This document shows, piece by piece, positions 23,448 to 35,205 of a DNA stretch of 59,100 bases. The position numbers were made by a program, and so were the translations under genes. Numbering within the stretch: position 1 is the stretch's first letter; each line of letters opens with the position of its first letter. Source of the DNA: Malacoraja senta (lineage: Eukaryota); the NCBI GenBank assembly GCA_038087875.1, contig JAXLNO010002656.1:62001-121100 (forward strand), written 5' to 3'. The notes beneath the pieces are model-generated. The model made no database searches and was not told the DNA's origin. It worked only from the letters and a program-made list of their open reading frames with translations.

Positions 23448-26400
23448 AATAGTAAGATTAAACGAGAACTTACCTAAGTTTGAAGTTTGATCTTTATTTT
23501 ATGAGGAGTTACGTAGGTGATTACGTGAAGAACCCCGCCAGTGCGCCAATCTTCAAAGCAGCGGTGTGAAATCACAAAAAACAACAACCGAAGTAATATA
23601 GTCTCATAATAAAACGAGTAATACAAGAACTTCAATCTGACCTTTATGATAGAGGGTAGGGTCATGGCGGGCACGTAATCACCTACGTAACTCCTCATAA
23701 AATAAAGATCAAACTTCAAACTTAGGTAAGTTCTCGTTTAATCTTACTATTTTACTTCGGAGTCACGTGAGTTACTACGTGAAGATTTTAAAGCTTTGTG
23801 ATTTCATGCCGTAGATCAACCCCGGCTTCTCACTGCATAGATTGACTCGGAACGAGAATAATCAATCATGCATTCATAATAACATTTGTACCACAAATGC
23901 AGTCATTCATTTCAATAATGAAATTAATCAGATCCCCTTTAAACCAGAGGAATTTACACAGAACTTAAAATAGTTTCTGCACACAATCCCGCATTAACAA
24001 TAGGCCGATGGTAAAAATGTTGAAACATCAACTCATTGGACCATCGGCGGCTGCGAGGATATGGTCGACGAGGACGTCTTATGCCCTGGCCGCCGACATT
24101 TCTGCTGCCCTAGGCGAGTGAGACGTAAAAACATAAGTGTTAATATCAGCAGCTGTTATGACTTCTTTTATCCATCAGGAAATAGTCTGTATTGAAACTC
24201 TCTTGTGTGGTTTCTTGTGTGTGATTAACAACCCAGTTTCCGTATTTCTTAAATGCTTTGTGACCTCAATGCATTGTCACAAATATGTCTTAACACAGAG
24301 ACAAGGATCATTTGGATATGCTGCTAGCATAATTTTAAATCCTGTCACACCTGGCCTAATTTGCTTTAATAGGTCATAGATATAGAATGTAACCTTGTCT
24401 TCAGTTACTTCCATAGTATCTATTTGTAATTTTCTAAGTGTTTGCACTCGTTGTGCAGTCACTCATGCCATAAGCATGAATACTTTCATCCTGAGCTTGA
24501 CCAAAGGTAAAGACACACTTGGTGACCATTCACGAAGTAGTTTCAGTACCACACTTACATCCCAGATTGTCATGTACCTAGGTTTCGGTGGTTTGGAATT
24601 AAAGATTCCTTTCATTAGTCTGGAAAGAATTGGGTGTGACCCAATTGGGTTTATTTCTGAATCCAGAACCAAATATGAGGGCAATGCACTTATGGCTGAA
24701 TTAATTGCACTACAACTCAGACCTTCATCATAATAGAGTTTTGACAGATTTTCTAAACATTTGAAATATCTGCAGTACTATATTGCAAATTCTTTTGTAC
24801 ACAGAACTTTTCCCATTTCTTAATATAAGAAAGGTACTGTTTTTGGAGTGCTCTTCCTCCAGGCTGCCGTAAGCATGTCCACAGTACGCTCAGACAGTCC
24901 TCGCCCCAGAAAAGGCCTTCTTAAACCTGCAAATCAACAAATCCAAACAATCATTAGATTAGATAGATTAGATTAGATAGCCCTTTATTGTCATTCAGAC
25001 CGAAGTCTGAACGAAATTGCAACAGTCATACATAAAACAACAATAAACACATATTAACATCCACCACAGTGAGTCCACCCAACATCTCCTCACTGTGATG
25101 GAGGCAAAAGTCTTAGGTCTGCAGTCTCTTCCCTCCTCTTCTCCCTCTGCGCTGAGGCGATACCCCCCGGGCGATGTTTCCCGCGGCTCAAACACCGCGG
25201 CCCGGGGTGGTCGATATAATGGATGTTGTTTCCCTGTTACAGGGTGCAGCAATATATTACTCCTTTTGGGGACTTTCATCAACATTTGTGTTGTTAATTC
25301 TAATATCAACAGATACCATGGCTGTGTAGGCCAATCTGGTATTACCAATACACCTGAATCAGCATTTTGCCTGACTTTAAGCAAACACTGGCTTATAAGG
25401 CAGAAAAGTGGAAATATATATGACAACATATCACTCCAATGTAGCGAGAAAGAATCAATCGCCACTGCTCCTGGATCTGATTCACATGAGACATATCTCG
25501 ATAGCTGATGATTCAGCCTAGATATAAACAAGTCAATGTTGGGCATTCCAAATCTGATTACTATATCATTGAATACCTCTCGATTCAACATCCATTCTTA
25601 TTATCATGGAACTTTCGTGACCTGGTGTCTGCTATCGTGTTCATTCTACCTGGTAGATAGATAGCTGAAATCCAAATATTCTTTTCAATACACCCAGTCC
25701 AAAGTTGATTAGCCATTTTGTCACATGACCCTGACTTGATTTCATCCATATCATTAATATAGGCAATTGCTGTTGTGTTTATCAATCTGAACTTGGACAT
25801 GCCTTTTAGTTGTGTTAGAACAATAACCTTGGAGTCCATAGAAACATCCTAAAACTCCAAATAGTTAACTCCCCATGTCTGCAGTAACAATGACTCTTCC
25901 TGATTCCATCTGCCTCCGCAGCTAGATGCTAAGTCAGTTTCACCCCATCCTAGTGTACTGGCATCTGTTTGTAATATCATGGAAGGTTTGTTCAATCAGC
26001 ACTCTGCTGGAACTGCTTGAGACATGTAGAATCCACCACTGCAGATCAGAAACAGCATTTGTTGTCAGTTGCATGGTTCTATCAAAATGACCAACATGCA
26101 TTTTCAGTGCCTGTTCTTTAACTCTCTGCAGCTGTTGATAATGTAATGGTCCGAATTGGACTGCTGGGAATGCTGCTACTAATTTTCCCAGTACTCAAGC
26201 CACCTGTCTGATTGAGGGGTTTTGCTCGTTTACCAGATTACTGCAATCTTTAATCAACTCCACCCTTTTTTCACTGGGCAAAGTAATTTTCATTTGGACT
26301 GAATCAATTGTGAACCCCAAATAATCAATCGAGGTACATGGTGTTAACCTTGATTCCTTTGGATGAATTAGAAACCCCAAACTTTCAAAAGTTGATTTCA

Positions 26401-28467
26401 CAACTGCCACAGATGCTTCTGTTGACTGTTTTGTCCTTCCTATTATCAGCACATCATCCAAAATATGCCACTAGTACATGCCCCTGGCTTCTTAGCAACC
26501 CCAGAACTGGTTTTAATAATTTTGTGAATATTCTGGGAGCGGACGTTAACCCATTAGGCAAAGCTTTGAACTGCCATAACTGGTTCATCCATGTAAATTT
26601 AAGATACTGAATATGTATCTTTTAAATTTATAGTTGCCATATGACATGCTTCTGAAATAAGTTGTTTGGCAGTCACAAATATCTCTTTTAAAATGTTTAA
26701 ATTAAACAAAAGGATTCAGACTTGTCAAGTCTAGAATAATCCCACATCCTCAATCCTTTTTTGATCGATGGAATATATTTAACACAAATTGGTGAATTTG
26801 GTAGACTGATTCTTCAATAACACATTTTATATATAGGGTTTGAAACGCAGCTTGAACCTCCATCACTTCTTTTTGTGCAAACCATATGACAATTACAGCA
26901 GGAAAACAGGCCATCTCGGCCTTTCAAGTCCATGCCGAAGAAGTGGAGAATTCTGCTAGGAACATGCTGGACAGGCAAATCATAATTTGGATTGAATTCA
27001 ATTCGAAATCCTTGTATACTATTCAGAATTACCACATCTGAAGTAATCTTCCAATTGTTTATAGAAGAGACATAATCTGCCGCCAACTTTTGGACTTAAT
27101 CCAGTTAGTATGTTCCCATGAGAACCAGGTCCACCTACCTCTTGAGTCATTTGAGTACTCTGAGATTCCTGGATTCTCCCGGAAGCACCCTCACTGGTTC
27201 TTGCTCCCGCTGCAGGCCGCCAGCTACGTCCCTGCGTTAATGTGCGACTTGGTCCTGTCCAGGATCCGTATGACATCTGAAAGGATATTCCTCTTTACAG
27301 ACTTTTCAACCATTGATGTTTTCATCAATCCTGTTTTCGCTTCATCTTCCAACTCTTTAACACATCTCTCGAGATCCTCTCCAAAGAGTAAGTTGGGTAA
27401 TTGTACATTACTTGGTTTGCAGAGTGCTGCGAATTTCGGATTCATAATAGGCCGTATAGCACCTTTCCTCGGACAATTGATCTCGAAGTGGGTGCTGCAT
27501 AGCAACCCCAGTGCTTTCTGATGCAACTCCGTCATCTCTTGGCTTTTATCCGCTATTCTGGCAAAGCAGTTATTCCAGCAGCTTTAATATTCTCTGCCAT
27601 TTCAATTCTTGAGTTCTCATAATCATACTCAACTCATATTTTCTTGCATTCTCATTCATTTCCTGCTGTTCCAGCTGATGGGAAACCAAGTAATTTATTA
27701 GGGAGGCCAATTCTCTTCTAATGGCTCTCCTGACTCTGACGGGGCAGCGAATCATACTGCCAGGGGTGGAACATCTGTACATCACGTACATCACGGCTAC
27801 TGTGACAAATCACATAGAGCCTCACCGTCAGAATCAGGGTCTGAAATCTCATGACCCGTGGCACGCTCCTCATCCCTGAGGGTGCATTCTATCAGCCCTG
27901 AACCAGGAGCTGTTGAGCTGCTTCCAGCAGCTTGGTTTTCAGTACACTCTTACCTGAGTGTGCTTTGCTCCAACAGCCTATGTAGCAGGCTTTCCATTTG
28001 GGCAATACGCTTTAAAAGCAGTATCTAGCCCTGGAGCTTCCATTTCCTGGGACTCCTCCTCCGTGGCCCGTTTCAATTCGGACTTGGCCTTGCGCCCGAC
28101 AGGCGTTGACTGCCCCAGGTCCACAGTCGCTATGCTCACCGCTGACGACTGTACCGGGGTTAGAGGCGGTTGGTCGCTACCCGCAGACTCCCGACTTTCC
28201 CGACTTTCTGTCGGCTGTGTCGCTCGCCTCTTCCCCCTGCCTGTTTTTTCCCATGGCATCTGTGGAAGAAATCCCCACAGACCCACAGTAAACGGACATG
28301 AAAAAATACTAAAAAAGTTTTTACTTACCTTGTAGTTAAAAAACTACAAATCCACTGAGGAGCTCTGCTCCTCATGTCCGTTTGCGACAAGGCGTATGAC
28401 GTAATGACGCGCAGGCGCACTGGCGGGGTTCTTCACATAGTCACTCACGTGATTCCGAAGTAAAATA
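23448..28467 (-). mobile_element. DIRS1-type tyrosine-recombinase retrotransposon, copy 1 (complete ends, degenerate ORFs: gag, RT/RNaseH/MT, YR)
   Basis: ITR 23525-23547 / 28414-28436. ICR 23672-23785 matches the joined 3' and 5' termini. RT (PNGLTSAPRIFTK, DDVLI), MT (IDLFISRLNHQL..YIFPLF) and YR remnants (SHSPRAAEMS, AADGPMS). Confidence 0.93.
24956..25213 (-). mobile_element. 5'-truncated family X retroposon inserted at the pol/YR boundary of DIRS copy 1
   Basis: (CTAAT)n-type tail and shared ACATCCACCACAGTGAGTC..CTCACTGTGATGGA block. Removing it restores HPLYNDCLDLLICR, compared with HPLHNRIGLLICR in copy 2. Confidence 0.8.
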
Positions 28468-29412
28468 TGAGACCAGTGTCAAAATACACAATGAATATAG
28501 ACCTCTCCATCTCTATGTAAATATAGTTAAATCTTTAAAAGGAAACATAAATGTAAAAAAAAAGCAAAGATAAAAAGACAAAAAGAAAAAGAAAAAACAA
28601 AACCCCCCTAAACTAAAAAAAAATTAAAAAAATTGGATAATAATAAAATAAGAATAAAAATAAAATAAATAAATAAAACAAAACAGAGCAAAACCGAATC
28701 TGAACTGAGAAATTCAACAATTTACGTCTGTTTGTCGTCAAGTCCGTTCCACCCTATGAAGGTAAAATAATTTTTATAAAGGTTAAAGAGGGAACAATTT
28801 ATGTTGTATGAAAGTGTTCAATAAATTTTCCCCAAACTTATCAAATTGAACCAAGGGTTCAACAATGTCACTTCTGATTTTTTCTAAATTTAAACATGAT
28901 ATCGTTTCAGAATACCACTGGAGTGTGGTCGGAGGGTTGGAATCTTTCCATTTAATGAAAATAAATCTTCTGGCAATTAATGTGGTAAAAGCAATCAACC
29001 GATGGGCGGAGTGGGACAAATGAATAGAATCTAACATTGGTAACCCAAAAATTGCAGTAATAGGATGAGGTTGTAAATCTATACCTAAGACTACCGAAAT
29101 AGTATCAAAAATTTATTTCCAATATTTTTCCAAAAGAGGGCAGGACCAAAACATATGGGTCAGTGATGCCACTTCAGAGTTACATCTGTCACAGGTAGGA
29201 TTTATATGACCGTAAAAACGAGCTAACTTGACTTCCGGTGGCGCTATGGAGGCTTGAGTCCAGTACCAACTAGCTCCATGCCGAAGAATCTGAAAACGGG
29301 AGAAAATCGGGTCTTACCTGCAGCGATCGCGATCTGAACGGCTGCCTGCCGCGTGACGTCATCAGGCGCGCGACTTTGACGGTATGTCGACGCAACATAC
29401 CCCCCCCCCTGT

Positions 29413-30441
29413 GTGCCAAAAAAAACCGTTAAAGGGAAACCACCGATGGAAGAGGTAGGCCTAACTGAGGCCTCGGCCTCAGGTACAATGACGGCCCAGG
29501 AAGACCCAACGAAGAAATCAAAGCAGAAAAAGTCTGAAATTGAAGATCTTAAAACTTTTCTCGCTGTTGAAATTAAACAGATTCAACTACAGTTGAAAAC
29601 CTTTGAAGGAAAATTGAATTTTAAAGAGGAACTTAACTCTTTTAAGGTAGATTTTAAAGCAGAAATGCTTTCTACCGTTCAAGAAATACTGGAAGTCTGG
29701 AAGAGGTCCAGGGACGATGAGGTCAAGGAACAGATGGAAGTGCTGGAAGCCAGGTTCGTTTCGGTGGAATCGAACGCTAATATGGAGGTGGTCCCCATTC
29801 ATCAAGCACTTGATCAACATAGAACAGCGATAACCGAACTTGAGAAATGGGCGGCGACAAGTGAGGAAACTGTAAATCGACTCCTTATTGAAAACCAACG
29901 CCTCTCCGGTATGGTGATCAAATTAAGTGATAAGTGTACCGATTTGGAGGGGCGTCAAAGACGCAAGAATTTAAGAATTGTAGGGGTGAAAGAAGGAAGT
30001 GAGAGGGAAATGGGCCCTCGGGATTTTGTGGCAGACCTACTACAAAAAGCCTTAAAATTGGATCAAAAACCTTCACTCGGTCGAGCACATAGAGCGCAGG
30101 GGCGTCGTACACAAGATGATGCCCATCCAAGACAAATTATAGTAAAGGTGCAACTTGATCATGAATTTGACGAGATAATGAAGAAAATCGTCCGAAGCGG
30201 ACAGCTCTATTTTGAAGGTGCGAGGTTCAGTATTTACCGAGATTATCCGGCAGAGGTCTTCAAGAAAAGAGCACTGTTCACTGAGACAAAAAGAATACTG
30301 AAGAAGGTACCTGATTTGAGATACGGCTTGCTTTACCCCGCAAGACTAAGAGTCACCTACAAGCAGAAGGAGCAATTTTTTACAGACCATGAAAAAGCAC
30401 TGGAATATGCCAAAGAAATCGGGAACGTGACCACAGACTGA
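29413..30441 (+). CDS. L1 ORF1 (coiled coil + RRM + CTD; first in-frame ATG at 29446)
   Basis: Uninterrupted 342 codons with DLEGRQRRKNLRIVGVKE, RAHR, PRQIIVK and YPARLRV, typical of L1 ORF1p. Confidence 0.9.
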   Translation: MPKKTVKGKPPMEEVGLTEASASGTMTAQEDPTKKSKQKKSEIEDLKTFLAVEIKQIQLQLKTFEGKLNFKEELNSFKVDFKAEMLSTVQEILEVWKRSRDDEVKEQMEVLEARFVSVESNANMEVVPIHQALDQHRTAITELEKWAATSEETVNRLLIENQRLSGMVIKLSDKCTDLEGRQRRKNLRIVGVKEGSEREMGPRDFVADLLQKALKLDQKPSLGRAHRAQGRRTQDDAHPRQIIVKVQLDHEFDEIMKKIVRSGQLYFEGARFSIYRDYPAEVFKKRALFTETKRILKKVPDLRYGLLYPARLRVTYKQKEQFFTDHEKALEYAKEIGNVTTD

Positions 30442-31397
30442 AGAATTTACATTACTCCTCAGGAGTCAAGGATTAACGGGACTTCACCAGATTTAAAAGG
30501 ACCTTTAAAGTTCTTTTAAGAGCTTTAAGGACATTCGAAAACCGAAATGGACGGTGGACATTGGAGAAAACCGTGTTTTTTTTTGTGTTTTTTTTAAATC
30601 TTTTTTTATTTTTAGTATAAACTTTAAGAACAATAATATCATAGTTGTGACCAATTGTTATTAATCACTATTACTATTTAGTATATTCATATCTAACTAT
30701 ATATGTAACTGCTAATACTTATTAAATATCTATATTACTACTAAAATTATTAACATTTATATTACTCATAAAAATTTAATACTGGGTATGATCGATAACA
30801 ATGATTAATAACTAACAATCTCTGGTTAACGTAGAAATGAGTTACATACTTATATTCTACAGGAAGATGTGCAAGAGGTAATTCAGCCTACGTCATAATA
30901 AGGTTTGACGGTTTTTCTCTTTATTTTTCAATTTAAAATTAAATTTATAGATTTAGCGAAGATATATATATGTATATATGTATGTATGTGTGTGTGTATG
31001 TATGGGTATATATATATGTTTGCTACTCCCAAAGAAGTTAATTGATTGTCAGAAATATTCTTTCTTTTTTTTTTTGGGCACGGAGCTGGGAATTTTTTTT
31101 TTACAAAGGCTACGGAAGTCTTTAGAATTCTAGCCACGTTAGTGTGGCTATCACTAACTACACTAATTGTAGATGTAGTTTTTTTTCTTTCACCCTATAC
31201 TAACCAATTCTATCACTTTTTTCACTTTAAATATTTTTATAACTTAATGTTTGAATGGAACAACAAGACTAATTCAAGGAGATGTGTTCGGAAGAGCGAT
31301 GTATATGATTTTAAATTCATCTATTCGAGGTTCGGGAGCAGGGTCAGGTTTTATGTGTTGCACCTTCTGCTCGGTTATAGACCACCTTAGAAACAAT

Positions 31398-34300
31398 ATG
31401 CAAGATGTTAATATGACAAGAGGGGGTCAGGGAATAACATTTTGTAGTTGGAATGTTAAGGGAATCAATGAACCAATTAAGAGAGGTAAAGTTTTGGCAC
31501 ATCTAAATTCAATCAAAACAGATATAATATTCCTTCAAGAAACACACCTTAAAAAGGAATCTCAACATAGACTGAAAGCTAAGTGGATCGCTGAATCATA
31601 TCATTCCTCTTTTTCCCATAAGTCCAGAGGAGTTGCAATATTAATTCGTAAAGGAATACCTTTTACGAATTCATCAACAATAGCGGATATTGATGGTAGA
31701 TATATTATATTAGTTGGAGAGTTAAATGGAGAGAAAGTGATTCTTCTTAATGTATATGGGCCTAATTTTGATAACCCTATGTTTTTTAATAAAACATTTA
31801 ATATAATTCCTGAATTTACACAATATAAATTAATAATTGGAGGAGACTTCAATTGCACATTAGATTCATACTTAGATAGATCATCAAGGCAAAAAAAAGT
31901 AAAATCTCAATCAAGTGTATTTTTAAATTCATTTATTAATACCACTAATATTAAGGATGTCTGGAGAATTGAAAATCCAACTGGACGGGAATATTCATTT
32001 TACTCACCAGTACATAAAACATACTCAAGAATAGATTATTTTTTAGTTGACTCCACGTTTATCCCATTTACTTACAACTCAAAACACCATAATATTATAA
32101 TCTCAGATCACGCACCTGTAACATTCATGATTAAATTAAATGGAATGTCCGAGAAACAAACATATTGGAGATTTAACCCACAAATTTTGAACGAAAGATC
32201 ATGCGAAGAATATCTTACTAAACAGATTCAAATATTTTTTGTGGTATATGACAACCCTGACACACCTCTTATGTGGGAAACGTTTAAAGCGTTTGTTCGA
32301 GGTGCATTAATTTCTGCTCAAGTATTTTATAATAAAGAGAACAGGATTAAACAACAAACATTGGAAAGGGAAATCAAGCAACAAGATATAGAAAATGCGA
32401 GAATGCCATCTATTTTAAAACATAATAAAATTGCTGTATTGAAATATAAATTAAACAAAATGTATTCAGAACAAGTAATAAAACTTTATCAAAAAACAAA
32501 CAATTACATTTTGAGTTTGGAGACAAACCACAAAAACTATTGGCACGTCAGTTACGAAAAATGGAAGGGGAAAAAATAATTCATAAAATTAGAACAGAGA
32601 CAGGAGAATTATTAAAAATGCCCAAGGATATAAACGAAAGATTTCTCCAATACTATCATAATCTTTATTCAACTAAAACTGTAGTACAACCAGAAGGAAT
32701 AGCAGATTTTTTACTAAAATGTAATTTAAAAGGTTTAGATTCAAACGATAGAGAATTATTAGAAAGGGAGATTACGATAAAGGATATTGAGGAGTCTATT
32801 GGCTCTTTAAAAAATGGTAAAGCAGTAGGACCAGATGGTTTAGGCTCTGAATTCTATAAAAAAAATTATAACTTGCTCTCCCCACGTTTACAAAGGCTGT
32901 ATGAGCATATCTATACTCAACAGAAACTTCCAGATACTTTAAATGAATCTATAATAACACTTATTCCTAAAGTTGATAAAGATCCGGAAGATCCGGGATC
33001 ATATAGAGCAATTGCACTTTTAAATACAGATCAGAAAATATTAACTAAAATACTAGCGCATAGATTAAGTACAGTGATGAATAAATTAATACACCCTGAC
33101 CAAACAGGCTTTACTCAGAAACGGTACTCATATTATAATCTAAGAAGATTATTTAATATTATTTATTCTAAGAGAATTATCAATGAAGATCTAGCAATAA
33201 TCTCACTTGACGCTGAAAAAGCATTTGATCAGGTTGAATGGTCTTATTTATTTTCGGTGATGGAAAATATGCAGCTAGGGGAGAAATTCTGCACATGGAT
33301 AAAACTGTTATATACAAACCCTACGGCTAGAATATTAACAAACCAAAGGTTGTCATCTAAATTCAGCCTATCTAGAGGTTGTAGACAAGGATGCCCGTTA
33401 TCTCCATTATTATTTGCGCTTGCTATTGAGCCACTCGCAGAAAGAGTTAGGGGTCATCCGGAAATACATGGGTATAACACAAAGGACACAGTGAATAAAA
33501 TTTCTCTATACGCAGATGATGTACTAATTTACATTACAAAACCAGAAATTAGTATTCCAAACTTATTAAAGCTAATAACCCAATTTGGTTCACTCTCAGG
33601 ATACAGAATAAATTGGAATAAAAGTGAAATTATGCCAATAAGGGAACACAACAAACAGATAATACAACAATTTCCATTTAAAATAGTAAGCGAAAAATTT
33701 AAATACCTAGGCATTTACGTAACTAAGATATATACATCATTATTTAAAGCAAATTTCCCCCCATTACTGAACAAACTACATAAGAATATTCAATATTGGA
33801 AAACACTTCCTATCTCAATGGTTGGCAAAATTAATGCCATAAAAATGATTTTTTTACCGCAAATATTATACCTTTTTCAGACAATTCCGATATATTTGTC
33901 AAAAAACTTTAAAAAAAAATTGGATTCCATTGTTAATGATTTTATCTGGGATTATAAGAATCATAGGATAAATAAAAGACATTTGTGTAAATCAAAAATA
34001 AATGGAGGCTTGGTTTTACCCAACTTTCTGTTTTATTTTTGGGCAGTTAATATTAAAAATATGAATTTCTGGTTGGAAGAAATAGATCAACAACTAGATT
34101 GGTTAAAAATGGAAAAGGAAGATTGTTTACCTTTTGATATCGGCTCGATATTATTTGCTACGTCTAAATTAAACAAAAAAAATTGTAGGAAAACCCTATA
34201 ATATTTAGTGCTATACGAATTTGGAAACAATTAAAAAAGACATTAAAATTAGATAATTTATCACTTTTTCTTCCAATTGTGAATAACCCTTTGTTTAAGC

Positions 34301-35205
34301 CCTCATGGTTGGACAGGGGTTTTACACAATGGAAGAATTATGGAATTAAAAATATGGGACAACTTTACAAGGAAGGCACCTTTCTGACATTTCAGGAGTT
34401 GCAACAGACTTATGGACTTCAAGGAAATGATTTTTTCAGATATCTTCAACTCAGAGATTATGTAAAATCGAATACTCAAAATTTTCGAATTAGAAATTCA
34501 GAAATTCTTGATGAATGTTGGAATAAACATCCTAATACAGAAAAATTAATATCTTATATATATAATATTTTATTAGACAGTGACATTCCATCGACGGACT
34601 TACACAGACAAACATGGGAAAAATAATTAAATCAAATAATAACGAAAGATACTTGGGAAGAAAGTTTACAACACATACATCAATGTTCATTAAATGCCAG
34701 ACATTCATTAATACAATTTAAAGTAATACATAGGTTACATTATTCAAAAACAAAATTACATAAAATCTTTCAACATATCTCACCTATATGTGATAAATGT
34801 CAACATTTAGAAGCTAACTTATCTCATATGTTTGCAAACTGTATAAAAATAAAAAAATTCTGGGTAAATATTTTCAGTATAATATCTAAAGTGACCAGCA
34901 CACAATTGGACCCGGATCCAAAATTAATAATACTCGGAACATTAGAATTAAATCAAACATTTAAAACAACACAAAGAAACTTTATTGATTATAGTATAAT
35001 AACGGGAAAAAAATTAATTCTAAAATTTTGGAAAGGCCCTATAACCCCCACAATCAAAATGTGGATTATAGAAATGACGGAGACCTTAAACGTGGAAATA
35101 ATCAGATTTTCCCTGTTGGACAAACAGGAATTATTCGTTGGAACATTGTCTCCCTTTATTGATTATTTAAAGGGTCAGAATGGTTCAGCACAGGAACCTG
35201 ACTAG
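31398..35205 (+). pseudogene. L1 ORF2 (APE endonuclease + RT + zinc knuckle), three lesions
   Basis: Motifs SWNVKG, FLQETH, GGDFN, SDHAP, DAEKAFD, YADD and CDKC..SHMF..C. One-base shifts in A-runs near 32500 and 34170, and an in-frame TAA at 34624-34626. Confidence 0.9.

Noticed and set aside
30928-31390. ORFs in the L1 inter-ORF spacer (possible ORF0 or extra gene)
   Set aside because: Low-complexity, microsatellite-derived composition with alternative starts; no domain features.
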